62,850 nucleotides of DNA from assembly GCA_900553755.1 (NCBI GenBank), contig USEX01000004.1, forward strand, positions 1-62,850, written 5' to 3'. A program made the position numbers and the translations under genes. Position 1 is the stretch's first letter. Every line of letters starts with the position of its first letter. The notes under the pieces were generated by a model. The model was not told the origin of the DNA, searched no databases, and saw only the letters and a list, made by a program, of their open reading frames with translations. This stretch comes from an uncultured Clostridium sp. GTDB lineage: Bacteria; Bacillota; Clostridia; TANB77; CAG-508. This document shows, piece after piece, positions 19,664 through 29,886 of this stretch.

Positions 19664-21244
19664 TTAATTTTGTTCTGTTTTTTTTACTTCATGATATTCT
19701 TTATCTGTATTTACATTCCAAATATTTGACTTATCTGCTATTCCATTACGTATATTCTTAGCTGCTTCTATAGCTGTTACCATAGAGTGATCCATGTTGT
19801 TATATCTGTGTTGTCCATTTCTTCCTACGCAGTATAAATTATCTATATTATTTACGTAGTCTATTAATTTATCGATATCTTTGTATGTGTCGAAATATGC
19901 AGGATATGCTTTCTTAATTCTTTCACGATGAGAATCTTCAACTTGATCTTTGCTAATTATATTCATTGAAACTAATTCATCTATTGCAAAGTTAATAAAT
20001 TCTTCATCAGACATATTCCAGTATTCATCGCCTTCACTGCATGTATATTCCAATCCAATCCATACTTTGTTTTCTGCATCTTTTACCAAGTATGGGGACC
20101 AGTTATTGAATATTTGAATTCTACACATTTTAACTTCTGGTTCTTGAACATAAATCCAGCAATCTGGGACTATATTTCCTAAAGTTTTAATATCTGTTTT
20201 GTTTTCTAGGTTTAGCTTGTCTACTAATAATCCAACTGTTATAAAGTCTCTGAAAGGCAATCCTTTAGCTATATCTTTTATTTCTGTTGGTACATCTATT
20301 CCTGTAAATCCTGCTACTAAATCATTCATTGGCATAGAAGAAACAAATATATCTCCTTCTATTGTTTTAATTCCTTCAGGTGTTTCACATTCGGCAGAAA
20401 CTATTTTTCCATCTTTAAAGTTCAATTTTTTAACAGTATATCCTTTTAATATTGATGCGCCTTCATTTGAAACCTTATTAGCTAAAGTCTCCCATAAATG
20501 CCCTGGTCCATATTTTGGATACCAAAATTGTTCTATCAAAGAAGTTTCTGTATTTTCGCTATTTTTCTTGCCAAATGCTTTATGGAACATATCTTTTATT
20601 ACTGCTTTAATAGATATTCCTTTTACACGTTGAGCACCCCAGTCAGCAGATATTTCACTTGGATGTCTTCCCCAAAGCTTTTCAGTATATTTTTCAAAGA
20701 ACATGCTATAAAGTACTTTACCAAATCTGTTGATGTAAAAATCTTCTAATGATTTTTCTTCTCTTTTAAATATCAATGATTTTAAATAGCTAAAACCAGC
20801 TTTCATTGTACGGCCAAAGCCCATATTCTTAAAAGTTTGCATCTTCATACTAATTGGATAATCAAAGAATTTCTTTAAATAATAAATTCTAGAAACCCTT
20901 TGTCTTATAAGCATTACATCGTCTTCTTTTTCAGGGTCTGGTCCACCTTCTTCAAGAGGTTTTACTCTTCCTAGCTTTTCATCATCAAATGAATTTTTGC
21001 CTTGTACTGGCATTAAATCATGCCAGAAATTCATTACTCTTTCATCTTTCGAGAAGAATCTATGTCCTCCTATATCCATACGATTTCCATTATATTTTAC
21101 TGTTTTAGAAATTCCTCCAATTTCTTGTGTTTCTTCTAGCACTGTTACATTATATTGCTCATTTCCTTTTTCTTTTAATAGTTCATGAGCCATTGTTAAT
21201 CCTGCAGGACCAGCACCAATAATAACTACGTTTTTCTTTTCCAT
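19664..21244 (-). CDS. NAD(P)/FAD-dependent oxidoreductase (amine-oxidase/UDP-galactopyranose-mutase-like fold)
   Basis: It contains the Rossmann motif VVIIGAGPAGLTMAHELL, then EETQEIGGISKT..DIGGHRFFS. The start is taken at MEKKNVV, which has an RBS. The gene sits inside the glycan locus. Confidence 0.7.
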   Translation of the reverse strand: MEKKNVVIIGAGPAGLTMAHELLKEKGNEQYNVTVLEETQEIGGISKTVKYNGNRMDIGGHRFFSKDERVMNFWHDLMPVQGKNSFDDEKLGRVKPLEEGGPDPEKEDDVMLIRQRVSRIYYLKKFFDYPISMKMQTFKNMGFGRTMKAGFSYLKSLIFKREEKSLEDFYINRFGKVLYSMFFEKYTEKLWGRHPSEISADWGAQRVKGISIKAVIKDMFHKAFGKKNSENTETSLIEQFWYPKYGPGHLWETLANKVSNEGASILKGYTVKKLNFKDGKIVSAECETPEGIKTIEGDIFVSSMPMNDLVAGFTGIDVPTEIKDIAKGLPFRDFITVGLLVDKLNLENKTDIKTLGNIVPDCWIYVQEPEVKMCRIQIFNNWSPYLVKDAENKVWIGLEYTCSEGDEYWNMSDEEFINFAIDELVSMNIISKDQVEDSHRERIKKAYPAYFDTYKDIDKLIDYVNNIDNLYCVGRNGQHRYNNMDHSMVTAIEAAKNIRNGIADKSNIWNVNTDKEYHEVKKTEQN

Positions 21245-21263
21245 CTTTTTATCCTTTCTTAAT

Positions 21264-22574
21264 TTATTTTTTATTGTATATTCCTTTAGCCACAACATAT
21301 CCTATTAATAATAAGACTTGCACAATTGATGAAGCAAAAAGCCTTTGAGACTCAAAAGGTGCACCTACTATTAATGTAAATATATTAGCAGCAATTAGTA
21401 CCGTAAAAAATGCTAAATACCAATTTATATTTTTGTTTTTAGCTAAATCATATAAAATATAAATTATAGCTATTCCTACTATCATATATACCATAGCAAA
21501 GTTAATTGGTAAAATTATATTTCCAATTTCAGTATATATTTGATTAGCATATTTTTCATTTATAAACACATCATTTGGTATATATGATGCGGTACCTATA
21601 TTTGATGATCCTAATTGTACTGTTTTTGATATGATAAATTTCAAATAATTTTTATCATTCTTTAGCGATGTATTAGCAAAATTCTTTATTTCTTCAACAG
21701 AATACTGCTCTTTTAATTTATCTAATGCAGTCCAACAGATTTCACCATCGCTTCTATCGCCCTTTATTTCATCTACAACCTTTATCATTTCTTCATTGCC
21801 TGATTGTTTGTATGAATTACTGTTTATTGCAGTGATTGTATTATTTATATATGAAACTGCAGTTATTGAAAACTCCCCATATTGCATCTTCATCAATCCA
21901 CAATATCCCAGTAATATAACTGAACAAACAGCACAGCTTATAATACCTGCAATTACCTCTTTTTCTTTTTTATTAAATATTAATCTTAATATCCAGAATA
22001 AGAAATATATTGGTAATAAATAAATAAATGACGGTCTTGTTAAAATCATACCTAATACTATAATGCCCAATATTATTGCAGTACTTTTTTTAGGTTTTTC
22101 CAAGTATAATATTGTTACAAAACTTAGCAATATGCTTTCAAATATTGAAATTGCTTCTGTTAAAATCATTATATTCCACAATACTATAAATGGACAAATT
22201 CCAAATACTATTGTTAATACCGATGTGATTATATTACTTTTAGTTATTTTTTTCAAGCAAAAATAAAATAATATTAGAGTAATTATAAATAGTATTTTTT
22301 GTGCCATTGCCACACTATTGTATAAATTTTCTTGTCCTGAAATCTTTCCAATCGCTTTAATAAAATATGGATACACAGGCGTTCTTAATTCATTAACTTG
22401 ACCTCGTAAAATACTTGTATTATATTTCTCTGCATATGTATAGCTATCAGAAGTCATAACATAATTTGGAACTGTATTATAAATTTTTACTTGAACAAAT
22501 ATGCAAAACAATAAAACATATATTAACGGTTGCTTAAAAATATTAATAATTTTTTCTTTTATATCTTTTTCCAT
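21264..22574 (-). CDS. GT-C fold membrane glycosyltransferase (ArnT/PMT_2-like)
   Basis: Polytopic. The first loop motif TSDSYTYAEKY...LRTPVYPYFIKAIG resembles the D-x-x-Y...RPPLYP signature of the GT39/GT83 families. Confidence 0.55.
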   Translation of the reverse strand: MEKDIKEKIINIFKQPLIYVLLFCIFVQVKIYNTVPNYVMTSDSYTYAEKYNTSILRGQVNELRTPVYPYFIKAIGKISGQENLYNSVAMAQKILFIITLILFYFCLKKITKSNIITSVLTIVFGICPFIVLWNIMILTEAISIFESILLSFVTILYLEKPKKSTAIILGIIVLGMILTRPSFIYLLPIYFLFWILRLIFNKKEKEVIAGIISCAVCSVILLGYCGLMKMQYGEFSITAVSYINNTITAINSNSYKQSGNEEMIKVVDEIKGDRSDGEICWTALDKLKEQYSVEEIKNFANTSLKNDKNYLKFIISKTVQLGSSNIGTASYIPNDVFINEKYANQIYTEIGNIILPINFAMVYMIVGIAIIYILYDLAKNKNINWYLAFFTVLIAANIFTLIVGAPFESQRLFASSIVQVLLLIGYVVAKGIYNKK

Positions 22575-22595
22575 TGTTCTTTCCTTTCCATATTC

Positions 22596-24794
22596 TTATT
22601 TAAAAATATTCTGTACTCCATGCTTTATTTTTCTTAATCCTCTATAAACTTTTCTCGCTGCTCTACCTGGTAAAGAATTAAGCATTCTTTCTATTTTTAA
22701 TATTCTTTCATCTGGTTGTTGAACTTCCCCAGTTGTAGGAATATATACAGGCATAGTAGGATTATTCCAATAATAAGGTTGTCCATTTGTAAGTAATAGC
22801 ATATATATGTCTTTAGAATATTTTTCAAATAATTTTTCATGTCCTTCTCTAGATATCTGGTATAAGTACACTCTCATTTTTTTATTAAATTGCCTTGACA
22901 TTGAATCTTTTCTTATTCTATATAAATTAAGTTTTTCTGGAATAGACACTCCTAAACATCCGTGTTCTGCTAAGCTTACCCAGCCATCATAATCTTCCAT
23001 TCCATATTCCATTTTTATTCTATTTTGGCCAAAATTCAAGAAATCATTTTTTCTTATTACTACAAAGGCTGCAAGCATATTTGCACATAATAAATATGGT
23101 ATATGAACATTAAAAGTTGGCCATACCGCTGTGCTTCCTTCAAAATATTGAACCCAGCTATAAACATATGAAACATTACTATATTGATGTAATATTTTTA
23201 TTGCCTTGTCATAAAATGTTGGATCAATCTTATCATCTGCATCTAGGAATGCTACAAACTCTCCTCTTGCTTCCTTTGCTCCTACATTTCTTGCATTAGC
23301 TAATCCTTTGTTCTCTATGTTTACTACTCTTACCTTTTCATCATCTTTATATTGTTCTAACACCTTTACACTTTCTTCATCAGTGCTTCCATCATTTACT
23401 ATTATTATTTCATAATTCTTATAAGTAGTGGCTTTAATACTTTCTATTGTTTCTGGTAAAGTTTTTCCTAAATTGTAATATGGAATTACCACTGACAATA
23501 AATCCTTCTCTTCATCATATTGCTTTATATATTCATCTTTAGGCATTTCTTCAACAAATGGAAATTTCTCTTTAGGTTTATTTTTATTTTTTATTACATC
23601 TTTAAAGAATTCTCTTCTCATCTTTAAGTTATCTTCCATATTGCACAAGTCATGAATTCTTGATTTTGCATTGTCTCCCATTTGTTTTAAGTCTTCATCA
23701 GACATATTTAATAATTGTTCTAGTTTTTCTTCAAAATCGCCATCTTTCTCCCAGTCAAAAATCAATCCATTCTTTCCGGAATCCTTTACCATTTCTGCCT
23801 GTCCACCGCTTCTTGAAACTAGTACAGGCTTTCCTAGCCACATTGAGTATATACATGTATTAGGAAAGTTTTCATACAGTGATGGAATCGTTACTGCTGT
23901 AGCTGATAAGATATGAGGAATCAAATCTAAATGTGGTATTGGGTTCATCATTTCTAAATTGCCACTTTCTATATACTTAGCATATTTCTTTTTTAGATCC
24001 TCTCCAACATATGTGCCTTTCGATTCTAGTATTGTATCTCCACCAATAATTTTAACCTTAAAGTCTAAGCCTTTTTTCCATAATTTTTCAGCGCCTTTTA
24101 GCATTTGCACAACGCCTTTTCTATACTCTGTTCTTCCAAAATATAATATAGTTTTCTTTTCAGGTTTTTTGATATCCTCTTTTTCATATTTTTCTAGCTC
24201 TTCTTTATCTATGTCAAAAGGTAAATTTATTACTTTAATTTTTTCATCTACTAAATATTGTAATTTATCTGCTAAAAACTGGCTTGGACATACTAATGCA
24301 TCTGCACCTTTAATACAAAATTTTTCCATCTCTCCAATCCAATAAAATGGTAATTCATACGTATTAAATTGATTAATTTTTAAAGTTTCAAAGCTTGGAG
24401 TATGAAGATGTACAACTAATGGAATATCTTTCAGTTTTTCATTCAACATCAATTTATTTTGTATAATATATTGTCCATACGCATTATATTCCTGCATTTC
24501 TATAATATCAGGTTTTCCATATTTATCAATCATCTTCATTATCACTTCATAGTATTGATAAGCCAATGCATTATCATATCCTAAGTATTGATAGTTTTCT
24601 CCTTCTCCTTGTTGAAATCTTTCAATTCTGTAACCTTCTTTTGCTTTCTCTGATTTATTTCCATTAATGCTTCTTACTATTACTGTTACATCATCTCCAG
24701 CTTTAGCAAACATTTTAGCGCAATTTTCTACATATGTTCCAATTCCGCCTCCAAAATCTGGTGCAAATTCACCTGTTAAAAACCAAATTTTCAT
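22596..24794 (-). CDS. Bifunctional glycosyltransferase: N-terminal GT4 (GT-B) + C-terminal GT2 (GT-A) domains
   Basis: The N-terminus is MKIWFLTGEFAPDFGGGIGTYV...PSLYENFPNTCIYSMWLGKPVLVSRSGG. The C-terminus is LLSVVIPYYNLGKTL..IIVNDGSTDE..FLDADDKI. Confidence 0.8.
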   Translation of the reverse strand: MKIWFLTGEFAPDFGGGIGTYVENCAKMFAKAGDDVTVIVRSINGNKSEKAKEGYRIERFQQGEGENYQYLGYDNALAYQYYEVIMKMIDKYGKPDIIEMQEYNAYGQYIIQNKLMLNEKLKDIPLVVHLHTPSFETLKINQFNTYELPFYWIGEMEKFCIKGADALVCPSQFLADKLQYLVDEKIKVINLPFDIDKEELEKYEKEDIKKPEKKTILYFGRTEYRKGVVQMLKGAEKLWKKGLDFKVKIIGGDTILESKGTYVGEDLKKKYAKYIESGNLEMMNPIPHLDLIPHILSATAVTIPSLYENFPNTCIYSMWLGKPVLVSRSGGQAEMVKDSGKNGLIFDWEKDGDFEEKLEQLLNMSDEDLKQMGDNAKSRIHDLCNMEDNLKMRREFFKDVIKNKNKPKEKFPFVEEMPKDEYIKQYDEEKDLLSVVIPYYNLGKTLPETIESIKATTYKNYEIIIVNDGSTDEESVKVLEQYKDDEKVRVVNIENKGLANARNVGAKEARGEFVAFLDADDKIDPTFYDKAIKILHQYSNVSYVYSWVQYFEGSTAVWPTFNVHIPYLLCANMLAAFVVIRKNDFLNFGQNRIKMEYGMEDYDGWVSLAEHGCLGVSIPEKLNLYRIRKDSMSRQFNKKMRVYLYQISREGHEKLFEKYSKDIYMLLLTNGQPYYWNNPTMPVYIPTTGEVQQPDERILKIERMLNSLPGRAARKVYRGLRKIKHGVQNIFK

Positions 24795-24816
24795 CTACAC
24801 AATCGTTCCTTTCATA

Positions 24817-26109
24817 TTAGCTTTTTAATAGTCTTATCGCTTTCCTAATAGCCCTTACTATAATAGTATGGTTTAATTTATATTCTAATATTTTAAGTAT
24901 ATATACAAATTTGCTATTCCTATATGTAATGTTATCCGTTATTTTAAATTTTCCTTGTATTATTTGACTATATTTGTTTTTTGCCATATAAATTTCATTT
25001 ATATTTCTTGTTTTTATTATATATTCTATAAATCCCAAATAATATTTAGATGGTAAAAAAGTTGTTAAATTAAATACTGTTGCAAATTTTTCATACTTTT
25101 GCCTATACACATATTCCGAATATTCTGTTTTTTCTAATGTTATTACTATTATGTTAAATTTATTGTTTTTTTCTTTTATTTGTTTATATAATTTTGCATC
25201 ACAGCCAATTTGTGGCAATATATACAATATTGTTTCTTTGTTTTCCTTCGGAAAGGTTTTATCAAAATTCAATTCATTGTACTGCAGTAAATCCTCTGTT
25301 TTTTCTTCAGAATATATCACAGGCTCAACTCTTTTAGTTATCTTATCTGCTTCAATTTTAAGATCCCTCAGCCTCAATTCATTTTCTTTTTTCTTGGTAT
25401 CATTTACTTCTGTAAGTAAACTTTGCATTCTTCTTCTATACCAAAATCCGTAATACGTAACTTGAACAGGATAATCGCCTTCTGCAAGCATTCTAAGCCA
25501 TAAGTGCCAATCTTCATTTACATACCTCTTTGCCACTCCATATCCACTTAGGTTCAGTATCTTATCTTTTCTTATTAATGCTGTAGCAGTTATTTGGTTC
25601 TCTGTCTTCATTTTTTCACTGTCAAATTTATGGTCAACCAAATAAATATATTTTCCAAATCCTACAGAGTTAGTAAACGCCCATGATGCTTCTTTATTAC
25701 TTTCCATTGTCCAATACAATGTTTCTATATAAGTTGGTTCAATCAAATCATCTGCATCTAACGGTAGTATGTACTTTGTCTTTGAATGTTTTATAGCATA
25801 ATCTCGCCCCTTAGCCAAGCCTTCATTTTCTTTATGATAAACTTTGATTCTATTATCCATTTTTTCAACTTGTTTTAGGTAATCTAATGCTTCTTCTTGT
25901 GTGCTTCCATCATCTACGATTATCCATTCCCAATATGGAAAAGTTTGATTAAACACACAATTTATTGTTTGCCACATAAATTCTTGAGCATTATAAAACG
26001 ATGTTACAATTGTTACTAATGGTTCAGCATCTTGACTTTTATAGTAATCATTATTCAATTTCATACCTGGTTGTAATTGATAATCCCAAAAATATTTATC
26101 GTCTTTCAT
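24817..26109 (-). CDS. GT2 glycosyltransferase with a C-terminal extension
   Basis: PLVTIVTSFYNAQEF..WIIVDDGSTQEE..LPLDADDLIEP are present. The start is taken at MKDDKY, after an AGGAAGGA RBS. Confidence 0.75.
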   Translation of the reverse strand: MKDDKYFWDYQLQPGMKLNNDYYKSQDAEPLVTIVTSFYNAQEFMWQTINCVFNQTFPYWEWIIVDDGSTQEEALDYLKQVEKMDNRIKVYHKENEGLAKGRDYAIKHSKTKYILPLDADDLIEPTYIETLYWTMESNKEASWAFTNSVGFGKYIYLVDHKFDSEKMKTENQITATALIRKDKILNLSGYGVAKRYVNEDWHLWLRMLAEGDYPVQVTYYGFWYRRRMQSLLTEVNDTKKKENELRLRDLKIEADKITKRVEPVIYSEEKTEDLLQYNELNFDKTFPKENKETILYILPQIGCDAKLYKQIKEKNNKFNIIVITLEKTEYSEYVYRQKYEKFATVFNLTTFLPSKYYLGFIEYIIKTRNINEIYMAKNKYSQIIQGKFKITDNITYRNSKFVYILKILEYKLNHTIIVRAIRKAIRLLKS

Positions 26110-26119
26110 TTTCCTTCCT

Positions 26120-27133
26120 TTACACATTTAATACTTTATCAAAAAATTCTTTATACTGCTCTGAGATTATTTTCCAATCCCATTTTTTTATGCTTTCTAA
26201 ATTTTCTTGTGATAGTTTTTTAAATTCCGAATTGTTTGAAATCAAATATTTTATTTTTTCTTTTAGGCACTCTTTGCTTCTCTCTTGTAAAATATAGTTC
26301 TTTTGGCAATCTCCAAATGCTTCTTCTACAATTCCTACATTAGTTGATATTACTGGTATTCCCATTGCCATTGCTTCTAGTACAGTAAGTGGGCTTCCCT
26401 CTGCCTTTGAGGCACAGACATATAGTTCCAAAGAATTATAAAAATTAGGCATGTCCTTTTGCTCTATCATTTTAATATTTCTATCTGCTAATTTTAATTC
26501 TATTTTATAACCTTCATCTTGTAATTCTTTTATAGCAGGCTTTATTACTCCTTCTACACCTTTCATGTCACAATCATTGTCAGAGCCTTTAAACTTGCTA
26601 TTTCCAACCCATCCCACATTAATATTAGTTACATTCTCAAATCTTTCTAAATTTTGTGGCTTATAGTTATTTAAATCAACACCATCATGGATTATCATCA
26701 TTGGTTTTTTATTTAATTTACTATAAATATCACACAATCTTTTAGAAGTTACAAAATATTTATCAGTGTATTCTAAAATTTTATCTGTTCTCCATTTTTC
26801 TTCGCCCTCTAAATATAACTCGTCACAAACAGAAAAACTTATTTTTTTATTATATATAAATTTCTCTTTAAATTCTTCTGTTGTCATACCAAGCGATTCT
26901 ATATATGAATACATTTCTTCTCGATCAAACAAAGATATATATCCTCTCCATATGAAATGTATTAAATCGTAATTCTGGCAAAATATAAATAATTTTGCCA
27001 TATTACCTTCAAAAATTCTTCCCGGAATTATATCTATATCATAACAATCCAAATTTTTCTTTACTTGATGAGCAATATTATCAAAAGCCCAATTTTCTGT
27101 ATCTATTATAAGAGCTATCTTCTTTTTTTGCAT
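26120..27133 (-). CDS. GT-B fold glycosyltransferase (GT1/GT4-like)
   Basis: The C-terminal part LYVCASKAEGSPLTVLEAMAMGIPVISTNVG is an E-x7-E-like motif. Confidence 0.75.
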   Translation of the reverse strand: MQKKKIALIIDTENWAFDNIAHQVKKNLDCYDIDIIPGRIFEGNMAKLFIFCQNYDLIHFIWRGYISLFDREEMYSYIESLGMTTEEFKEKFIYNKKISFSVCDELYLEGEEKWRTDKILEYTDKYFVTSKRLCDIYSKLNKKPMMIIHDGVDLNNYKPQNLERFENVTNINVGWVGNSKFKGSDNDCDMKGVEGVIKPAIKELQDEGYKIELKLADRNIKMIEQKDMPNFYNSLELYVCASKAEGSPLTVLEAMAMGIPVISTNVGIVEEAFGDCQKNYILQERSKECLKEKIKYLISNNSEFKKLSQENLESIKKWDWKIISEQYKEFFDKVLNV

Positions 27134-27142
27134 AACCTCTCC

Positions 27143-27358
27143 TTATTTTTTTATTATTTTTCTTAGTTTCTCTGCAAACTTATAAGTTCTTGAATGCAAA
27201 ATAGAATCCAATTGTTCTCTTATTGCCTTATTTTCTTCAGCAAGTCTAGCACTCTCCTCTATTTTTTCTTTATTTTTCTCTTGAACTTTTTTAATATTCT
27301 CTTTTAAAAGTTTATTCTCCTTTTCAAGAGTTTCTATCATAATCTGATTATTATCCAT
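27143..27358 (-). CDS. Small coiled-coil protein (71 aa)
   Basis: It has a heptad-rich Lys/Glu sequence (LEKENKLLKENIKKVQEKNKEKIEESARLAEENKAIREQL) and an RBS. It lies directly downstream of the ABC exporter genes. Confidence 0.55.
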   Translation of the reverse strand: MDNNQIMIETLEKENKLLKENIKKVQEKNKEKIEESARLAEENKAIREQLDSILHSRTYKFAEKLRKIIKK

Positions 27359-27388
27359 CTTTTCCCTCTTTTATTTTCTTTTACTTTT

Positions 27389-28162
27389 CTACAATTCTTC
27401 AGCAAATCTTCTTTCTAATTTTTTGAATATAAAATATCCCGCTATGCATAATACAATTCCCATTCCTAATGCAATTGCTAAGCCTTTAAAATCAGGCATT
27501 GTTTTATTATAAAATATATTTCTATAAGCTTCTATCAAATAAGACATAGGGTTAATTTTTACTATCCATTGTAAATTAGCTGGTACTGATGAAATTGAAT
27601 ATACAATTGGTGTGGCATAGAATAATAATTGAATCATTATTCCTAGTAAATGCAATAAATCTCTAAAATAAACTGTTAAGCTTGACACTATAAAAGCAAA
27701 TCCTATAGAAATAACATATTGTATAGCCAAAATAATAAAGTACCAAAATATATTAAAAGATAATCCTATTCCTCCAAATATTACAAATCCTAATATGATT
27801 ATTGTAGATATTAGAAAATTAACACCTTCACTTGTAACAACTGATATAGGTAATATTTCTCGTGGAAAGTATACTTTTTTAATAATATTTCCATTATCTA
27901 TTATTGTAGCAGCTCCTCTTAGTACTACTGCCGAAAAGTATTGCCATGGAATTAATCCACAACATAGGTATACCGTATAATTTGGTATATCACTCTTTAA
28001 TATAACCTGAAAAACCAAAGCGTATACAGCTATTTGTAAAAGTGGATTTATAAAAGACCATAAAACTCCTAAAACTGAATTTTTATACTTTCCTCCAACA
28101 TCTTTTTTTATGTTTGTTTTTAGTAACTCTCTATAATTGTATAAATCTTTTGCTAATTTCAT
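27389..28162 (-). CDS. ABC-2 type polysaccharide/teichoic-acid export permease (Wzm/TagG-like)
   Basis: A 6-TM ABC-2 pattern with YRELLKTNIKKDVGGKYKNSVLGVLWSFINPLL, paired with the ATPase upstream. Confidence 0.85.
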   Translation of the reverse strand: MKLAKDLYNYRELLKTNIKKDVGGKYKNSVLGVLWSFINPLLQIAVYALVFQVILKSDIPNYTVYLCCGLIPWQYFSAVVLRGAATIIDNGNIIKKVYFPREILPISVVTSEGVNFLISTIIILGFVIFGGIGLSFNIFWYFIILAIQYVISIGFAFIVSSLTVYFRDLLHLLGIMIQLLFYATPIVYSISSVPANLQWIVKINPMSYLIEAYRNIFYNKTMPDFKGLAIALGMGIVLCIAGYFIFKKLERRFAEEL

Positions 28163-28190
28163 CTATATTTTCCTTCCATTTCTATATATT

Positions 28191-28934
28191 TTATCTTGTT
28201 TCTTTCAAATATTCTTTTATTACTGAATCTGGATCCCCATCCATTTTTATTACACCTTGGTTTAACCATATAGCTCTATTGCAAAAATCCTTTACAGTAC
28301 CTAAACTATGTGTAACAAATACCATTGTTTTTCCTTGCTCTTTCAATTCTTTCATTTTAGCAATACACTTTTCTTGGAAGTGTTGGTCTCCAACGGCTAA
28401 AACTTCATCTACTAATAAAATATCTGCATCCACATTAATTGCAACGGCAAATGCTAGTCTCATATACATTCCTGATGAATAAGTTCTTACTGGGTTATCT
28501 ATATAAGCTCCCAACTCAGAAAATTCTATAATATCATTTAATCTCTCATCTATTTGCTTTCTAGTAAGCCCAAAAATAGAAGCATTAAAATATATATTTT
28601 CCCTACCAGAAAAATCAGGATGAAATCCTGCCCCCAATTCAAGAAGTGAAGTTAATTTTCCATATGTTTCTATTTTTCCTTGATTTGGGTATATTATCTT
28701 AGTCATTAATTTTAATAATGTAGATTTTCCGCTTCCATTTACTCCAATTAATCCTACCGCTTCTCCATTTTTTATAGTTATATTAATATCTTTTAATACT
28801 TCTCTTTTTTCTTTTCTATTTCTTTTCCAAAATAGCATCTTTTCTTTTAAACTATTTGCCTTGTCCATATATATGTTAAATGTTTTATATACATGCTCTA
28901 CTATGATTCTATCTTCACTGCTCTTTTGCATCAT
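28191..28934 (-). CDS. ABC exporter ATP-binding protein (Wzt/TagH-like, no C-terminal carbohydrate-binding domain)
   Basis: Walker A GVNGSGKSTL, signature YSSGMYMRL, Walker B ILLVDEVL; 247 aa. Confidence 0.9.
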   Translation of the reverse strand: MMQKSSEDRIIVEHVYKTFNIYMDKANSLKEKMLFWKRNRKEKREVLKDINITIKNGEAVGLIGVNGSGKSTLLKLMTKIIYPNQGKIETYGKLTSLLELGAGFHPDFSGRENIYFNASIFGLTRKQIDERLNDIIEFSELGAYIDNPVRTYSSGMYMRLAFAVAINVDADILLVDEVLAVGDQHFQEKCIAKMKELKEQGKTMVFVTHSLGTVKDFCNRAIWLNQGVIKMDGDPDSVIKEYLKETR

Positions 28935-28987
28935 TATGATCCTTTCTTTTTTTCACAATTATATTATATAATACTTTAAATATCAAT

Positions 28988-29884
28988 TCATTTTTTCAAC
29001 TTTATATTTGTCATTATCTTCCCTGGAAGGTATAACACCATTACCATTATTTTATTTAAGATACCCTTTACATTCTTTATTGGATGCTTCTGTCCAGTTA
29101 ATACTGAGAAAAGAATATAATGCTTATATACATACAATCTTTTTTTAAATGTAACATTTTTCATATCCTGATTAAATATTTCTTTAAAATATTGATAATA
29201 GCCATATGGATTATTCAAAAAAAGTTTATTTATATTTTTTGAATATCCATCTTCCTTGTATTCACAAATCATTATTGGTTCATTAAAGCATTTAATATTA
29301 TACTCCAAATCCATCTCGTGGTGCAACCTTGCTTCTGTTACAAATTTTTCACCATTTTCTAATTTGTAACTATATTTTCTTCTTATTACACCATTAAAAA
29401 CTAGCGCTTTTTCTCCTGTAATTCCTTCCTTAAAATACAAATTAAACATCGTGCTTTCATAATTATCCTCTGGAAAATTATTCCCCATATTTTTACCGTT
29501 TTGATCATATTTTAAGAACACCATAGCATATGTATTTCCCATATCTTTGCATTTTTCTAAGGATTCCTCTATTATCTTAAAAGCTCTTGTTGTAAAGAAA
29601 TCATCAGAATCACATTCTAAAATTAAATCTCCTGTAGATTTTTTTACCAACTCATTTATTGCAGCCATTTTGCCTTTATTTTCTTGATAAAAATACTTAA
29701 TATCAATTATTCTTTCTTTTATATAATTCTCAACTATCATCTTAGTATTATCACTAGAGCCATCATCCATAATTAACCATTCTATATCGCAATTTGATTC
29801 ATTTTTATTTATCAAAATGCTAGTATATAGCTTATCTAAAAGATGTGCTCTATTATAAGTTGATGTTAGTATTGATATTTTCAT
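28988..29884 (-). CDS. GT2 glycosyltransferase
   Basis: MKISILTSTYNRAHLL..WLIMDDGSSDNT..LECDSDDFF. Confidence 0.8.
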   Translation of the reverse strand: MKISILTSTYNRAHLLDKLYTSILINKNESNCDIEWLIMDDGSSDNTKMIVENYIKERIIDIKYFYQENKGKMAAINELVKKSTGDLILECDSDDFFTTRAFKIIEESLEKCKDMGNTYAMVFLKYDQNGKNMGNNFPEDNYESTMFNLYFKEGITGEKALVFNGVIRRKYSYKLENGEKFVTEARLHHEMDLEYNIKCFNEPIMICEYKEDGYSKNINKLFLNNPYGYYQYFKEIFNQDMKNVTFKKRLYVYKHYILFSVLTGQKHPIKNVKGILNKIMVMVLYLPGKIMTNIKLKK

Positions 29885-29886
29885 TT

